Source of the DNA: Nitrospirota bacterium
GTDB taxonomy: Bacteria > Nitrospirota > UBA9217
NCBI GenBank assembly: GCA_963751455.1
Contig: CAVVUN010000003.1
Coordinates: 320,001-384,000 of the forward strand
Direction: 5' to 3'
DNA: 64,000 nt
In this document: piece by piece, positions 30,301-39,625 of the stretch
How the letters are laid out: the number at the start of each line of letters is the position of its first letter
Numbering within the stretch: position 1 is the first letter of the stretch
Notes under the pieces: model-generated
What the model was told of the DNA's origin: nothing
The model's database searches: none
The model's input: the letters and a program-made list of their open reading frames with translations, nothing else
Translations under genes and position numbers: made by a program

Positions 30301-30843
30301 ATGCGATACAGGAGATCGCGAGCAAAAGGGGCGACATTCTTTTTTACCGTTGTGACGCACAATCGACGCCCTATCCTCTGCCAAGAATGCAATATTGCGT
30401 TGCTTCGCGAAGCATTTGCAGATGTCATTTCACGGCATCCATTTACTTTTGACGCATTTGTTCTTCTGCCCGATCGCTTGCATTGCATGTGGACCTTGCC
30501 GGAAAATGACAATGACTTCTCAAACCGTTGGCGGCAGATCAAAAGCCATTTCAGCAGGAACTGCCGGGATGAATTTAAGGGTCGCGTAACGATCGGTCAT
30601 AAGAACAAGTGCGAACAGGCTGTGTGGCAGCGACGCTTTTGGGAACATCAAATCAGGGACGACAACGACTTTATCCGACATGTCGAGTATATACACTACA
30701 ATCCTGTAAAGCACGGCTTGGTGAAGGCTCCGGCTGCTTGGCCACACTCGACTTTTCATCGCTATGTAAAGCAGGGTATCTATCACAGCGATTGGGGCGC
30801 GGGTAAAGAGATTGTATTCGATCAAGGCGTCGGAAACGAATAA
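30301..30843 (+). CDS. REP-associated tyrosine transposase (RAYT), HUH motif altered
   Basis: FFTVVT, LPDRLHC (expected DHLH), WQRRFWEHQIR, YIHYNPVKHGLV. Confidence 0.9.
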   Translation: MRYRRSRAKGATFFFTVVTHNRRPILCQECNIALLREAFADVISRHPFTFDAFVLLPDRLHCMWTLPENDNDFSNRWRQIKSHFSRNCRDEFKGRVTIGHKNKCEQAVWQRRFWEHQIRDDNDFIRHVEYIHYNPVKHGLVKAPAAWPHSTFHRYVKQGIYHSDWGAGKEIVFDQGVGNE

Positions 30844-30846
30844 AAA

Positions 30847-30880
30847 TGTCGGGTTTCGCATTCGCTCTACCCGACCTACG
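30847..30880 (-). repeat. GTAG-type REP downstream of RAYT
   Basis: TGTCGGGTTTCGCATTCGCTCTACCCGACCTACG. Confidence 0.85.
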
Positions 30881-30929
30881 AGCTGCTTACCAAACGTTGA
30901 ATAAAAATTTGAACGAAGGTAATTCATAC

Positions 30930-33900
30930 ATGAACATTTTCCATCTTCACCGCACGCCCGCGCTCTCCGCGTACCAGACTACGAGCCTGCTGCAGGCCGC
31001 ACAGGAAAAAGTCTCTCACGCTATCCACGGGATTTCGACCGAGTTCTGCTTCAACGTCGCCGCAGACAATCCTCTTACCCCCGATGAGATGCGCCTGCTC
31101 CGCTGGCTCCTGGCAGAGACCTTCGAACCGGAACAGTTTGCGGATAAAAGTTTCTTAAATCCTCCCATTCCCCCCTTTGTAAAAGGGGGGTCAGGGGGGG
31201 ATTTGCCGCACGTGATTTTCGAGGTCGGTCCCCGCATGAACTTCACCACTGCCTGGTCCACGAACGCTGTCTCGGTCTGCCATGCCTGCGGGCTTAAGAA
31301 AATTTCCCGTATTGAACGGTCCCGCCGTTATATGCTTCTGATTCAGGATTCAGCATCAATCAGCCGCGAACACGAGACCGCCTTTCTCTCACTCGTGCAT
31401 GACCGTATGACGGAATGCCGCTATCCCGAGCCGCTCACAACCTTTGCAACCGGCATTAAAGCTGAACCAACTCGCATCATTCCGCTGATGGAGCAGGGCA
31501 GGGCAGCGCTCGAGAAAATCAACCGCGAAATGGGCCTGGGGATGGACGACTGGGACCTCGACTACTACACGAACCTCTTCGTAAAAGACATCAAGCGAAA
31601 CCCGACGAACGTCGAGTGCTTCGACCTTTCCCAGTCCAACAGCGAGCACTCACGCCATTGGTTCTTCCGCGGCAGGCTTGTCATCGACGGGAAAGCGGTT
31701 CCCGAAAACCTGATGAAGATCGTGAAGGCAACCTACGAGGCGAACAGGAACAACAGCGTGATCGCCTTCAGCGATAATTCGAGCGCGATTACCGGATATG
31801 ACATCACAACCATTATCCCGCGGCTTATCGGAAAACCTTCGCCCTTCGAAGCCACAAAACGGAAATATCATATAATCTTCACGGCGGAAACGCACAATTT
31901 CCCGTCAGGCGTGGCGCCCTTCCCCGGGGCCGAAACCGGAACGGGCGGTCGCATCCGCGATGTCCAGGCAACCGGGACCGGCGGTCTTGTTGTCGCGGGC
32001 ACGGCCGCGTACTGCGTGGGCAATCTCCGGATCCCCGGTTATGACCTGCCGTGGGAAGATCCTTCCTATTCCTATCCGAATAATCTTGCCGCGCCTCTCA
32101 GGATAGAGGTGGAAGCCAGCAACGGGGCTTCAGATTACGGCAACAAGTTCGGCGAGCCCGTGATACAGGGTTTCACCCGCTCCTTCGGCCTTCGTTTACC
32201 GGACGGCGAACGCAGGGAATGGATCAAACCGATCATGTTTTCTGCCGGCATCGGCCAGATGGACAGCCGCCATACCGACAAGGCCGAAGCCCGGAAGGGA
32301 ATGCTTGTGGTGAAGATCGGCGGTCCCGCCTACCGGATCGGCATGGGCGGCGGCGCGGCTTCCTCCATGATCCAGGGCGAAAATATCGCGGAGCTGGATT
32401 TCAATGCCGTTCAGCGGGGCGACGCCGAGATGGAGCAGAAGCTGAACCGCGTGATCCGCGCGTGCGTGGAGCTGGGGGAGAAGAACCCGATCCAGAGCAT
32501 TCATGATCAAGGCGCCGGCGGAAACTGCAACGTCGTGAAGGAGATCGTGCACCCGGCCGGTGCGAAAATTGATATCCGTAAGATCCAGGTCGGCGATGAA
32601 ACATTATCGGTCCTTGAGATCTGGGGTGCCGAGTACCAGGAGCAGAACGCGCTTCTGATAAAACCTGAACATGAAGCCCTTTTCAAGTCGCTTTGCGAGC
32701 GCGATAAAGTTCCGGTTGCAATAATCGGTACAATAACCGGTGATGGATATATCGTTCTGTATGATGAAACGGACAAGTCAACACCGGAAAACCTCGAGCT
32801 TTCGAAGGTGCTCGGCGACATGCCTCAGAAAACTTTCGAGCTGCAGCGAAAAACCAGACAACTAAAACCTCTGGTGCTGCCGCAAGGACTTACGATTCGT
32901 GCCGCACTCGATCGCGTGTTGAGATTGCTCTCCGTGGGATCCAAGCGCTTCCTCACCAACAAAGTGGACCGCTCCGTTACCGGCCTCATTGCCCGCCAGC
33001 AGTGCGCGGGTCCGCTTCAACTGACCGTATCCGACGTCGCGGTTATCGCCCAGTCGCACTTCGGTCTGACCGGTTCAGCGATGTCCATCGGAGAGCAGCC
33101 GGTGAAAGAATTGCTCGATCCTGCGGCCATGGCAAGAATGAGCGTCGGCGAGGCGCTCACGAACATCGTCTGGGCGGAAGTCAGCGGCCTCGGCGACTTA
33201 CGTTGTTCGGCAAACTGGATGTGGGCCCCGAAGCTTCCCGGCGAAGGCGCGCGTCTCTACGACGCAGCAGTCGCGATGCGGGATGTGATGATCGAGTTCG
33301 GCATGGCCGTGGACGGCGGCAAGGACAGCCTGTCCATGGCCGCCAGGGTCACGAACCCGGACGGATCGAACGAGACGGTCAAGTCCCCGGGCACTCTTGT
33401 AATCTCTGCCTATGTTACCTGCCCGGACATCACGAAAACTGTGACGCCGGACTTGAAAGCGCCCGGCAAAAGCAGGCTCCTGTTCATTGATCTTGGTTCC
33501 GGACAAAACCGCCTCGGCGGCTCAGCGCTGGCACAGGTCTACGGCCAGGTCGGGGACAAATCTCCTGATCTCGACGATCCTCAGCTTCTTACCAGAGCGT
33601 TCAATGCAGTCCAGAAGCTTGTGTCCGAAGAATTGCTCCTTGCAGGTCACGATCGTTCGGATGGCGGCCTTGTGACCACGCTTCTCGAAATGGCCTTTGC
33701 GGGAAACTGCGGAATAGAGATCGAACTCGGTGAACAGAAGGACGCGATACCGGTATTGTTCTCTGAAGAACTTGGGCTCGTCATGGAATATCTTCCCTCT
33801 GAGGAAGCGAAAATCTTTTCTATTTTAAACAATGCAACAGTTCCGTACCAGTTTATCGGTAAAACAATATCAGTAAAAAGAGTCGCCATTGCAATCCGCA

Positions 33901-34958
33901 ATCCGAACGGCTCGACTGAGCGTTCGACTGAGCGCTCACGCCGAAGTCTCGCCGAAGTCTCCGCACTCCAAACTGTATTAAACGAGGAGCTGCTGCTTCT
34001 GCGCGACATCTGGGAAGAGACAAGCCACCAGCTTGATCTGCTGCAAAGAAATCCCGATAACATCCGCGAAGAGCGCAAACATATCTACGACCGCAAAGGC
34101 CCCTCCTTTGCAATTCCCTTTACGCCAAGGGTGACTTCAGAAGAAGTCTTCTGCCGCACAACAAAAACGAAAGTTGCCGTAATCCGCGAAGAGGGGAGCA
34201 ACGGGGACCGGGAAATGGTGTCCGCGTTCTATATGGCAGGATTCGAGCCGTGGGACGTGACCATGACCGATCTGCTGGACGGCCGCATCACTCTTGACCA
34301 GTTCCGAGGCATTGTCTTTGTCGGCGGCTTCAGTTACGCGGATGTACTCGATTCAGCCAAAGGCTGGGCCGCATCGATCCGCTTCAACAAAAAAGTGTGG
34401 GAACAGTTTGAACACTTTTACAACAGGACCGACACGTTCAGCCTCGGGGTCTGCAATGGCTGCCAGCTGATGGCGCTCCTGGGCTGGGTGCCGTGGCGCG
34501 GAATCAGCGATGAGCTCCAGCCGCGTTTCATTCACAATAAGTCAGGCCGCTTTGAGTCGCGCTTCTCAACGGTCAAAATTCTGAAGAGTCCCTCGATCAT
34601 GCTGAGCGGCATGGAGAACTCGGTACTCGGCATCTGGGTCGCTCACGGCGAAGGCATGGCCTATTTTCCGGATAAGAAAATGTTCAACGAATGTGAGCAC
34701 GGACTCGCGCCCATACGGTATGTTGATGACGACTCGAAGATTACGGAGGCCTATCCCTTCAATCCGAACGGCTCTCCGGCCGGGATTGCCGCGCTCTGCT
34801 CGCCTGACGGCCGGCACCTCGCAATGATGCCGCACCCGGAGCGAACAGTACTTACCTGGCAGTGGGGCTGGCTGCCTCAAGACCTCAAAAAGTCCCTCGA
34901 AGCATCGCCCTGGCTCAGGATGTTCCAGAACGCCAGGGAATGGTGCGAGAAAAAGTAA
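30930..34958 (+). CDS. purL: Phosphoribosylformylglycinamidine synthase, large fused form
   Basis: SNSEHSRH, ETHNFP, IHDQGAGG, GGKDSLSM, GVCNGCQ, MPHPER. Confidence 0.97.
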   Translation: MNIFHLHRTPALSAYQTTSLLQAAQEKVSHAIHGISTEFCFNVAADNPLTPDEMRLLRWLLAETFEPEQFADKSFLNPPIPPFVKGGSGGDLPHVIFEVGPRMNFTTAWSTNAVSVCHACGLKKISRIERSRRYMLLIQDSASISREHETAFLSLVHDRMTECRYPEPLTTFATGIKAEPTRIIPLMEQGRAALEKINREMGLGMDDWDLDYYTNLFVKDIKRNPTNVECFDLSQSNSEHSRHWFFRGRLVIDGKAVPENLMKIVKATYEANRNNSVIAFSDNSSAITGYDITTIIPRLIGKPSPFEATKRKYHIIFTAETHNFPSGVAPFPGAETGTGGRIRDVQATGTGGLVVAGTAAYCVGNLRIPGYDLPWEDPSYSYPNNLAAPLRIEVEASNGASDYGNKFGEPVIQGFTRSFGLRLPDGERREWIKPIMFSAGIGQMDSRHTDKAEARKGMLVVKIGGPAYRIGMGGGAASSMIQGENIAELDFNAVQRGDAEMEQKLNRVIRACVELGEKNPIQSIHDQGAGGNCNVVKEIVHPAGAKIDIRKIQVGDETLSVLEIWGAEYQEQNALLIKPEHEALFKSLCERDKVPVAIIGTITGDGYIVLYDETDKSTPENLELSKVLGDMPQKTFELQRKTRQLKPLVLPQGLTIRAALDRVLRLLSVGSKRFLTNKVDRSVTGLIARQQCAGPLQLTVSDVAVIAQSHFGLTGSAMSIGEQPVKELLDPAAMARMSVGEALTNIVWAEVSGLGDLRCSANWMWAPKLPGEGARLYDAAVAMRDVMIEFGMAVDGGKDSLSMAARVTNPDGSNETVKSPGTLVISAYVTCPDITKTVTPDLKAPGKSRLLFIDLGSGQNRLGGSALAQVYGQVGDKSPDLDDPQLLTRAFNAVQKLVSEELLLAGHDRSDGGLVTTLLEMAFAGNCGIEIELGEQKDAIPVLFSEELGLVMEYLPSEEAKIFSILNNATVPYQFIGKTISVKRVAIAIRNPNGSTERSTERSRRSLAEVSALQTVLNEELLLLRDIWEETSHQLDLLQRNPDNIREERKHIYDRKGPSFAIPFTPRVTSEEVFCRTTKTKVAVIREEGSNGDREMVSAFYMAGFEPWDVTMTDLLDGRITLDQFRGIVFVGGFSYADVLDSAKGWAASIRFNKKVWEQFEHFYNRTDTFSLGVCNGCQLMALLGWVPWRGISDELQPRFIHNKSGRFESRFSTVKILKSPSIMLSGMENSVLGIWVAHGEGMAYFPDKKMFNECEHGLAPIRYVDDDSKITEAYPFNPNGSPAGIAALCSPDGRHLAMMPHPERTVLTWQWGWLPQDLKKSLEASPWLRMFQNAREWCEKK

Positions 34959-35130
34959 CAGCAAAGAAAATTGTGAGAAATTTTAAGCCCCCTTTATCTT
35001 CATCCTCTCCCTGATGGGAGAGGGTAGTGTGAGGGGGGTTTTTTATTAGTATCGAAGACATTAAAAATTACCTTGTAAATTAAGCCTATCTTTGATAGGC
35101 TATTTTTAGCGAAAGTCAAAAGAGGAAATC

Positions 35131-35322
35131 ATGAATCTCCTGCTTAAAGTGAAGCACCTTAAGGAACAAGGTTCTGAAAGGGATTTGGCCGGAACGACCC
35201 CCGCAGAACGTCTCGCAATGGTGTGGCCGCTTACTCTTGAAGTCTGGAGTTTCAAGGAGCCGACTAGTGCTGAATCAAGACTACAAAGACATGTTGTCCG
35301 CCTTGTTAAGGGAAAAAGTTGA
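35131..35322 (+). CDS. Small putative antitoxin of NTase module 1
   Basis: 63 aa, GAGG RBS, TPAERLAMVW; overlaps the NTase gene. Confidence 0.65.
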   Translation: MNLLLKVKHLKEQGSERDLAGTTPAERLAMVWPLTLEVWSFKEPTSAESRLQRHVVRLVKGKS

Positions 35323-35719
35323 TTTCCTCCTCGTTGGTGCTTATGCTCTTGCTGTTCATGGACTTCCTCGCGCAACAGGAGACATTGACCTCTGGATCCG
35401 TCGTGAAGAATCAAATGTAAAACATGTCATGCGGGCGCTCGGCTCATTTGGCGCACCGCTCTCCCAAATAACTAAAGAGGATTTATTAACGCCAGGCATC
35501 GTCTACCAGATCGGCGTCGAGCCAAGAAGGATCGATATACTGACATCGATTGACGGCGTCGGGTTCGAAGAAGCCTGGCCAAAGCGCATTGAAGTCGAAG
35601 TTGAGGGAATTATGATTCCGGTGATCGGTCGTGACCACCTTTTGAAAAACAAGCTGTCAACGGGCCGTCTTCAGGACGCCGCGGATGCAAGCCGATTGAC
35701 GGAAAAAGAAAAAGGATGA
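35267..35719 (+). CDS. Nucleotidyltransferase (DUF6036/AbiEii-like)
   Basis: LLVGAYALAVHG.PRATGDIDLW ... KNKLSTGRLQD; GTG start inferred. Confidence 0.8.
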   Translation: MLNQDYKDMLSALLREKVDFLLVGAYALAVHGLPRATGDIDLWIRREESNVKHVMRALGSFGAPLSQITKEDLLTPGIVYQIGVEPRRIDILTSIDGVGFEEAWPKRIEVEVEGIMIPVIGRDHLLKNKLSTGRLQDAADASRLTEKEKG

Positions 35720-35760
35720 TTACCTTGTAAATTTATGCCTGACTTTGAAGCGTTAACTTT

Positions 35761-35970
35761 ATGAAAACGATAATCGAGAAAAGAAAAGAAGAAGAGCGGG
35801 AAGCGTTCCTCAAGCTTTCTCCTCTGGAACGAATTCGAACCATGCATAATCTTTTCCTGCAATTCGTCGCCATTAAAGCCAGAGGGGAAAACGTCTCAGA
35901 ATATGAAATCTATCGAAGATACCTTAAAAACAATCCAAGACATTACGAGCGCCCTCCCCGTAAAGGTTGA
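35761..35970 (+). CDS. Small putative antitoxin of NTase module 2
   Basis: 69 aa, LSPLERIR; overlaps the NTase gene. Confidence 0.6.
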   Translation: MKTIIEKRKEEEREAFLKLSPLERIRTMHNLFLQFVAIKARGENVSEYEIYRRYLKNNPRHYERPPRKG

Positions 35971-36511
35971 TATCGCGGTTGTGGGCGGTGTCGCTGTTAT
36001 TCTGCAGGGCGTTGAGCGGACAACCATCGATGTTGACCTCTGTATTTATTCCAACCTGATTGACCGCACAAACTCATCCGAATTCTTCAAAATTCTTACG
36101 AGCCGCCTTCCTAAAAGGTTTTCCGCCCGTCTCATACAAGGCAGCAAAATACCAGATGATCCCTTGAAACACGACATCATCTTTCTCGACGACAACGCGG
36201 GCGAATATGAGCGAATTGATTTTCTGATCGCCCGGTATAAATGGGAATTGGAAGGCATTGAACAAGCAGAGCAGATTGAAAACATATCACTCCCCGTGTT
36301 GAGCAAGCCCTATCTTTGCGCGATGAAACTCCAGGCCACCGGATACAAAGACGCGGCGGATGTTTTTGCCTTGGTCGCTCTCATGACCCAGGAAGAAAAG
36401 AAAAAGACCTTTGAGCTTGCAAAACAGATCGGCAGAGATAAAAAACTTGCCCGTCTGCTTAACCCGCCGCCCGAAGAAGTAAACGAGATGCCGCCCGAGG
36501 AGTATCTGTAA
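35903..36511 (+). CDS. Nucleotidyltransferase (DUF6036/AbiEii-like)
   Basis: VVGGVAVILQG.ERTTIDVDL ... LCAMKL.A.GYKD. Confidence 0.8.
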   Translation: MKSIEDTLKTIQDITSALPVKVDIAVVGGVAVILQGVERTTIDVDLCIYSNLIDRTNSSEFFKILTSRLPKRFSARLIQGSKIPDDPLKHDIIFLDDNAGEYERIDFLIARYKWELEGIEQAEQIENISLPVLSKPYLCAMKLQATGYKDAADVFALVALMTQEEKKKTFELAKQIGRDKKLARLLNPPPEEVNEMPPEEYL

Positions 36512-36526
36512 CAACGCGCCATAGCC

Positions 36527-38123
36527 CTAAAAATCCAGCGGACTTTTCACCTCTTTCGCCGCCTTGCTCGGAATGCAGTGGGTGTAGATCATAGTGGTTC
36601 GGACGTCTGCATGACCGAGCAGTGTCTGAATCGTGCGCAGGTCGTAGCCCGCCTGCAGGAGATGGGTGGCGTAACTATGCCGGAAGGTGTGCGAAGTGAC
36701 GCGTTTCGTGAGCTTTGCCTTTCTAACTGCTTCGTACAGCGCATCCTGAACATGAGAGTCATGAAGATGATACCCCCGCCGCTCCTTCGTTTCCGCAACA
36801 AAGGTTAACGTTTGCTGCGGGAGAAACCATTGCCAGACAAGCTCCTTCGCGGCTCGTGGATATTTTTTCTCCAGTTGATCATCGAGAAAAACCCCTGCGT
36901 ACCCTCCTCGTCATGCATTTTTTTCACGGTCTCTATTTGGGCCTGAAGCTCCGGCACGATTCTTTGCAGAATAGGCACGGTGCGGGTTTTATCGCCTTTT
37001 CCGCGGACAGTGAGAATGCCGGCGTCAAAATTGAAATCCTTCACCCGCAGTTTACAGCCTTCCGAAATGCGTAACCCGCAGCCGTACCGGAGTTGGGCCA
37101 CAAGCTTGTATGAATATTCGAGATGTCTCAAAACAGCGTCGATTTCCTCGCGGGAAAGAACCACGGGAATGTAATTCGATTTCTTCGCGCGCGGGATGTC
37201 CTTATGGATGCCGAAATCTATCCTTAAAACATGTCTGAACAGAAACAAGAGTGCGTTGAACGCCTGGTTCTGGTGGCTTGCGGATACCTTGCAGTTCACG
37301 GCCAGATCCGTCAGGTACGCCTTCACCTCCGATGGAGACAATTCCGAAGGTGGTTTGTCTTTCAGGTAGTTCTGGAACTTGCGGCTCCAGTCCGCATAAT
37401 GCTTGAACGTTTTTCGAGAGTAATGCCGCAGCTTTATCCAAAACGAAGCAGAAGACCACGTGGCGTTAGCCCGTGGTTGAATGCGTCCCTCTTGTTTCCC
37501 TCCTCCTTCAGGGGGAGTTAGGAGGGGGTGCTTCTTTTGAATTCAAGTGCCACGGGCGTAAGCCCGTGGGTATCTACTTCCGCAGCAAGATTTTCAATGA
37601 CCTTGTCCCACGCCGGGGATTCGGTTTTTTTGAGGCAGCGCCATTCATCGTAGTGTTTGCCGCCCCGGATCCTGGGCGTGTACGGCGCGGAGGGCGCCGG
37701 CGGCTCGCAAACCATCTCGGATTTCTTCGTCGCTGTTGTTGAGCACAGTTGCTGTGCTTGGTTGTATTCTACCTGTAGGCCGCCGCAATGCGGCCCGGCT
37801 GCAGGAGGCGCAATCTGCGCGGCGGCCGACGATGAAATAGTCTTTTTTCCCTGTTGCGAAGCGAAGAACAGCGAAATCGCTTTAGCTGCGTGCTCTATTT
37901 GCATGGAGGATTGATTCTTTGACCGCAGCTTGTCCGCGAACGCCCTCACTTGTTCCGATTTGCCTTCCGGAAGAGGATATTTAGCTCGGAAGTCGAGAAA
38001 ACACAGCAGCCACTTCCGGTAATCGGATCGGGAGAAAAGGGGGACATTCCGTTGTTTCAGAATGCCGTCAAATTTAACCAGAATATCTTTGGGTATGGGT
38101 TGCACGGGTCGTATGAGAATCAA
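36527..38123 (-). pseudogene. intI: Integron integrase with N-terminal extension, interrupted and frameshifted
   Basis: VSASHQNQAFNALLFL, YGCGLR, GKGDK.R; IntI patch [17 protein letters not shown] and [12 protein letters not shown]...LLGH...TTMIYTH in another frame; 140-bp insertion at 37438. Confidence 0.92.
37438..37577 (+). mobile_element. 140-bp IS200/IS605-like non-autonomous element, family 1, copy 2, inside intI
   Basis: Follows TTTAT; clean removal restores AAEIKLRHYSRKT. Confidence 0.85.
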
Positions 38124-38162
38124 ACGGTTGCTTCAGACAGCTTCATGAACCATGTAAACAAT

Positions 38163-38191
38163 AATATAGTGAACAAATGTTCACTTGTCAA
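38163..38191 (-). promoter_or_regulatory. PintI with a LexA-like box (GAAC-N4-GTTC) in the spacer
   Basis: TTGACA-N17-TATATT on the minus strand; the spacer is the palindrome AGTGAAC-ATTT-GTTCACT. Confidence 0.7.
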
Positions 38192-38351
38192 GAGGAGAAC
38201 GCAAATATTCTTGAGTCCTCCTTGACTACCAACTCACCGCATATCATCATGCCGGTATTCATAAGAGTGTCTCATTCATGCATGTGTTTTTCTTAATTCG
38301 GGAAATGTGTTCTCGCGTTGTATTCCGATCTGAATATTCAACAACTTTATC

Positions 38352-38380
38352 TTGACAGGCCATAAAGCATAAAATATACT
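38352..38380 (+). promoter_or_regulatory. Pc cassette promoter, region B
   Basis: TTGACA-N17-TATACT, divergent from intI. Confidence 0.75.
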
Positions 38381-38493
38381 CGATTTGCATTTAAAGTTGC
38401 AGAAATTTCATCCTGCCAATTCAGAAACTCAGTATTTGGCAGGGCGAAAACCGCAGTTGCAGAAGTTTACATTATTGAACAAAAATATTTAAT

Positions 38494-38554
38494 TTTCACC
38501 CCGCCATTACCGGATTTTCGGAAATGGCGGGGTGGTTTCCGTCCCTTCAAACAC
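38494..38554 (+). other. Conserved structured leader motif, copy B
   Basis: CCCCGCCATT/AATGGCGGGG stem followed by GGTTTCCGTCCCTTCAAACAC. Confidence 0.6.
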
Positions 38555-38559
38555 TGGTT

Positions 38560-38594
38560 GAACCTGTAGAAAAAGTGCTACAGATTCGTTGGAC
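38560..38594 (+). other. Putative attI site
   Basis: GTTGGAC core just before the first cassette, which ends in GCCCAAC. Confidence 0.5.
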
Positions 38595-38616
38595 ACATGG
38601 AAAGCGTAGTATTCAG

Positions 38617-39108
38617 TGAACAAAGATGTAGAGTCCAAGCTTGCATCGGTATACGAAGAAGTTATGTGGTTCGCGAGTCGTCCTGATACGACCCCATCCG
38701 CTGCACGAGCCTGGTATTACTCACATTGCGGCTAACCGACTGAGAAAATACATTCGTCGATTCTTTGGCAAAGTATCGAAAAGTGCCGCTATCGAGGCAA
38801 AGGTATCTCTTTGTCTTGAACACTTTAAGCGCATGCAGACGACCCCTGACTCAACTTGTAGATCACCATTTGAGACCGGCTTACAGGATGCCGAGGAATT
38901 CATTCGTCTACTTCTCGATTGCGAGCAAGTGCATATTGTGACTGCCAGGGAGAATTACGATGCAATGAAGGCGAAGGGTGACTACGACAAGGCAGGTATA
39001 GTACTTGTTGACTGGGCGTCCGTTTTACCGGACAGACAACACTTCCTTTGGAAAAACATGATTTGTGGGAAAGTAATGAATGCTAACGCACTTTGCGTCT
39101 ACCGCTGA
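38617..39108 (+). pseudogene. First cassette gene, hypothetical, apparently frameshifted
   Basis: GTG-started MNKDVESKLASVYEEVMWF... runs into frame 38641..39108 (THIAANRLR...EHFKRMQT...HIVTAREN). Confidence 0.5.
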
Positions 39109-39135
39109 GGTGCGCAGAGATGCCAAGACGTACAG

Positions 39136-39177
39136 GCCCAACAGCCAGATTGATACTCAGATCTGGCAACGCTTATT
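39136..39177 (+). other. Degenerate or truncated attC
   Basis: GCCCAAC, then GCCAGAT/ATCTGGC hairpin, ending GCT instead of GTT. Confidence 0.45.
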
Positions 39178-39478
39178 TTCTGATTTTTGATTCAAGCAGG
39201 GCAACCCGTTTTGCAAGAGCGTCGAATTCATCGTAATCGACTTTTCTTTTCAGCTCAACCTTTAGAAATTGGACATCGGATTTAATGATTTGTACGTCTT
39301 CCATCAATGAGCCGATCATTTCGGTGTGGATCTTTTGAATTGATTTGATATCCTGGTATTGCTCGGCAATAAGATTGATCTTGGATTCGAGGTCTTCCTT
39401 GAAGATACCGACGACATGTTGAAATTCAGTTCGCTGTTCAGTAAGAATTTCTTTTAATTTATTCTCGGTAATCTCCAT
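39173..39478 (-). CDS. Coiled-coil hypothetical protein; antisense cassette with its own promoter
   Basis: AAGGAG RBS; TTGACA-N17-TAATAT on the minus strand (about 39510-39538). Confidence 0.7.
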   Translation of the reverse strand: MEITENKLKEILTEQRTEFQHVVGIFKEDLESKINLIAEQYQDIKSIQKIHTEMIGSLMEDVQIIKSDVQFLKVELKRKVDYDEFDALAKRVALLESKIRK

Positions 39479-39559
39479 GGCTGCAATCTCCTTCTTTATG
39501 GATGCTTAGATATTATACGTGGAACCGCATTTTGTCAAGCTATCTCTCCCGGCAAAATA

Positions 39560-39625
39560 TTCCAACTACGCGCTCGAAAGAGTCCGGGCGATAAACCCGC
39601 CCGGCTCCTCAGCGCGGCGTTGGCC
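39560..39625 (+). other. attC site
   Basis: TTCCAAC ... CGCGCT(C)GA / TCAGCGCG ... GTTGGCC. Confidence 0.85.

Noticed and set aside
30846-30929. N-terminal extension of PurL
   Set aside because: Runs through the REP; the ATG at 30930 is the more likely start.
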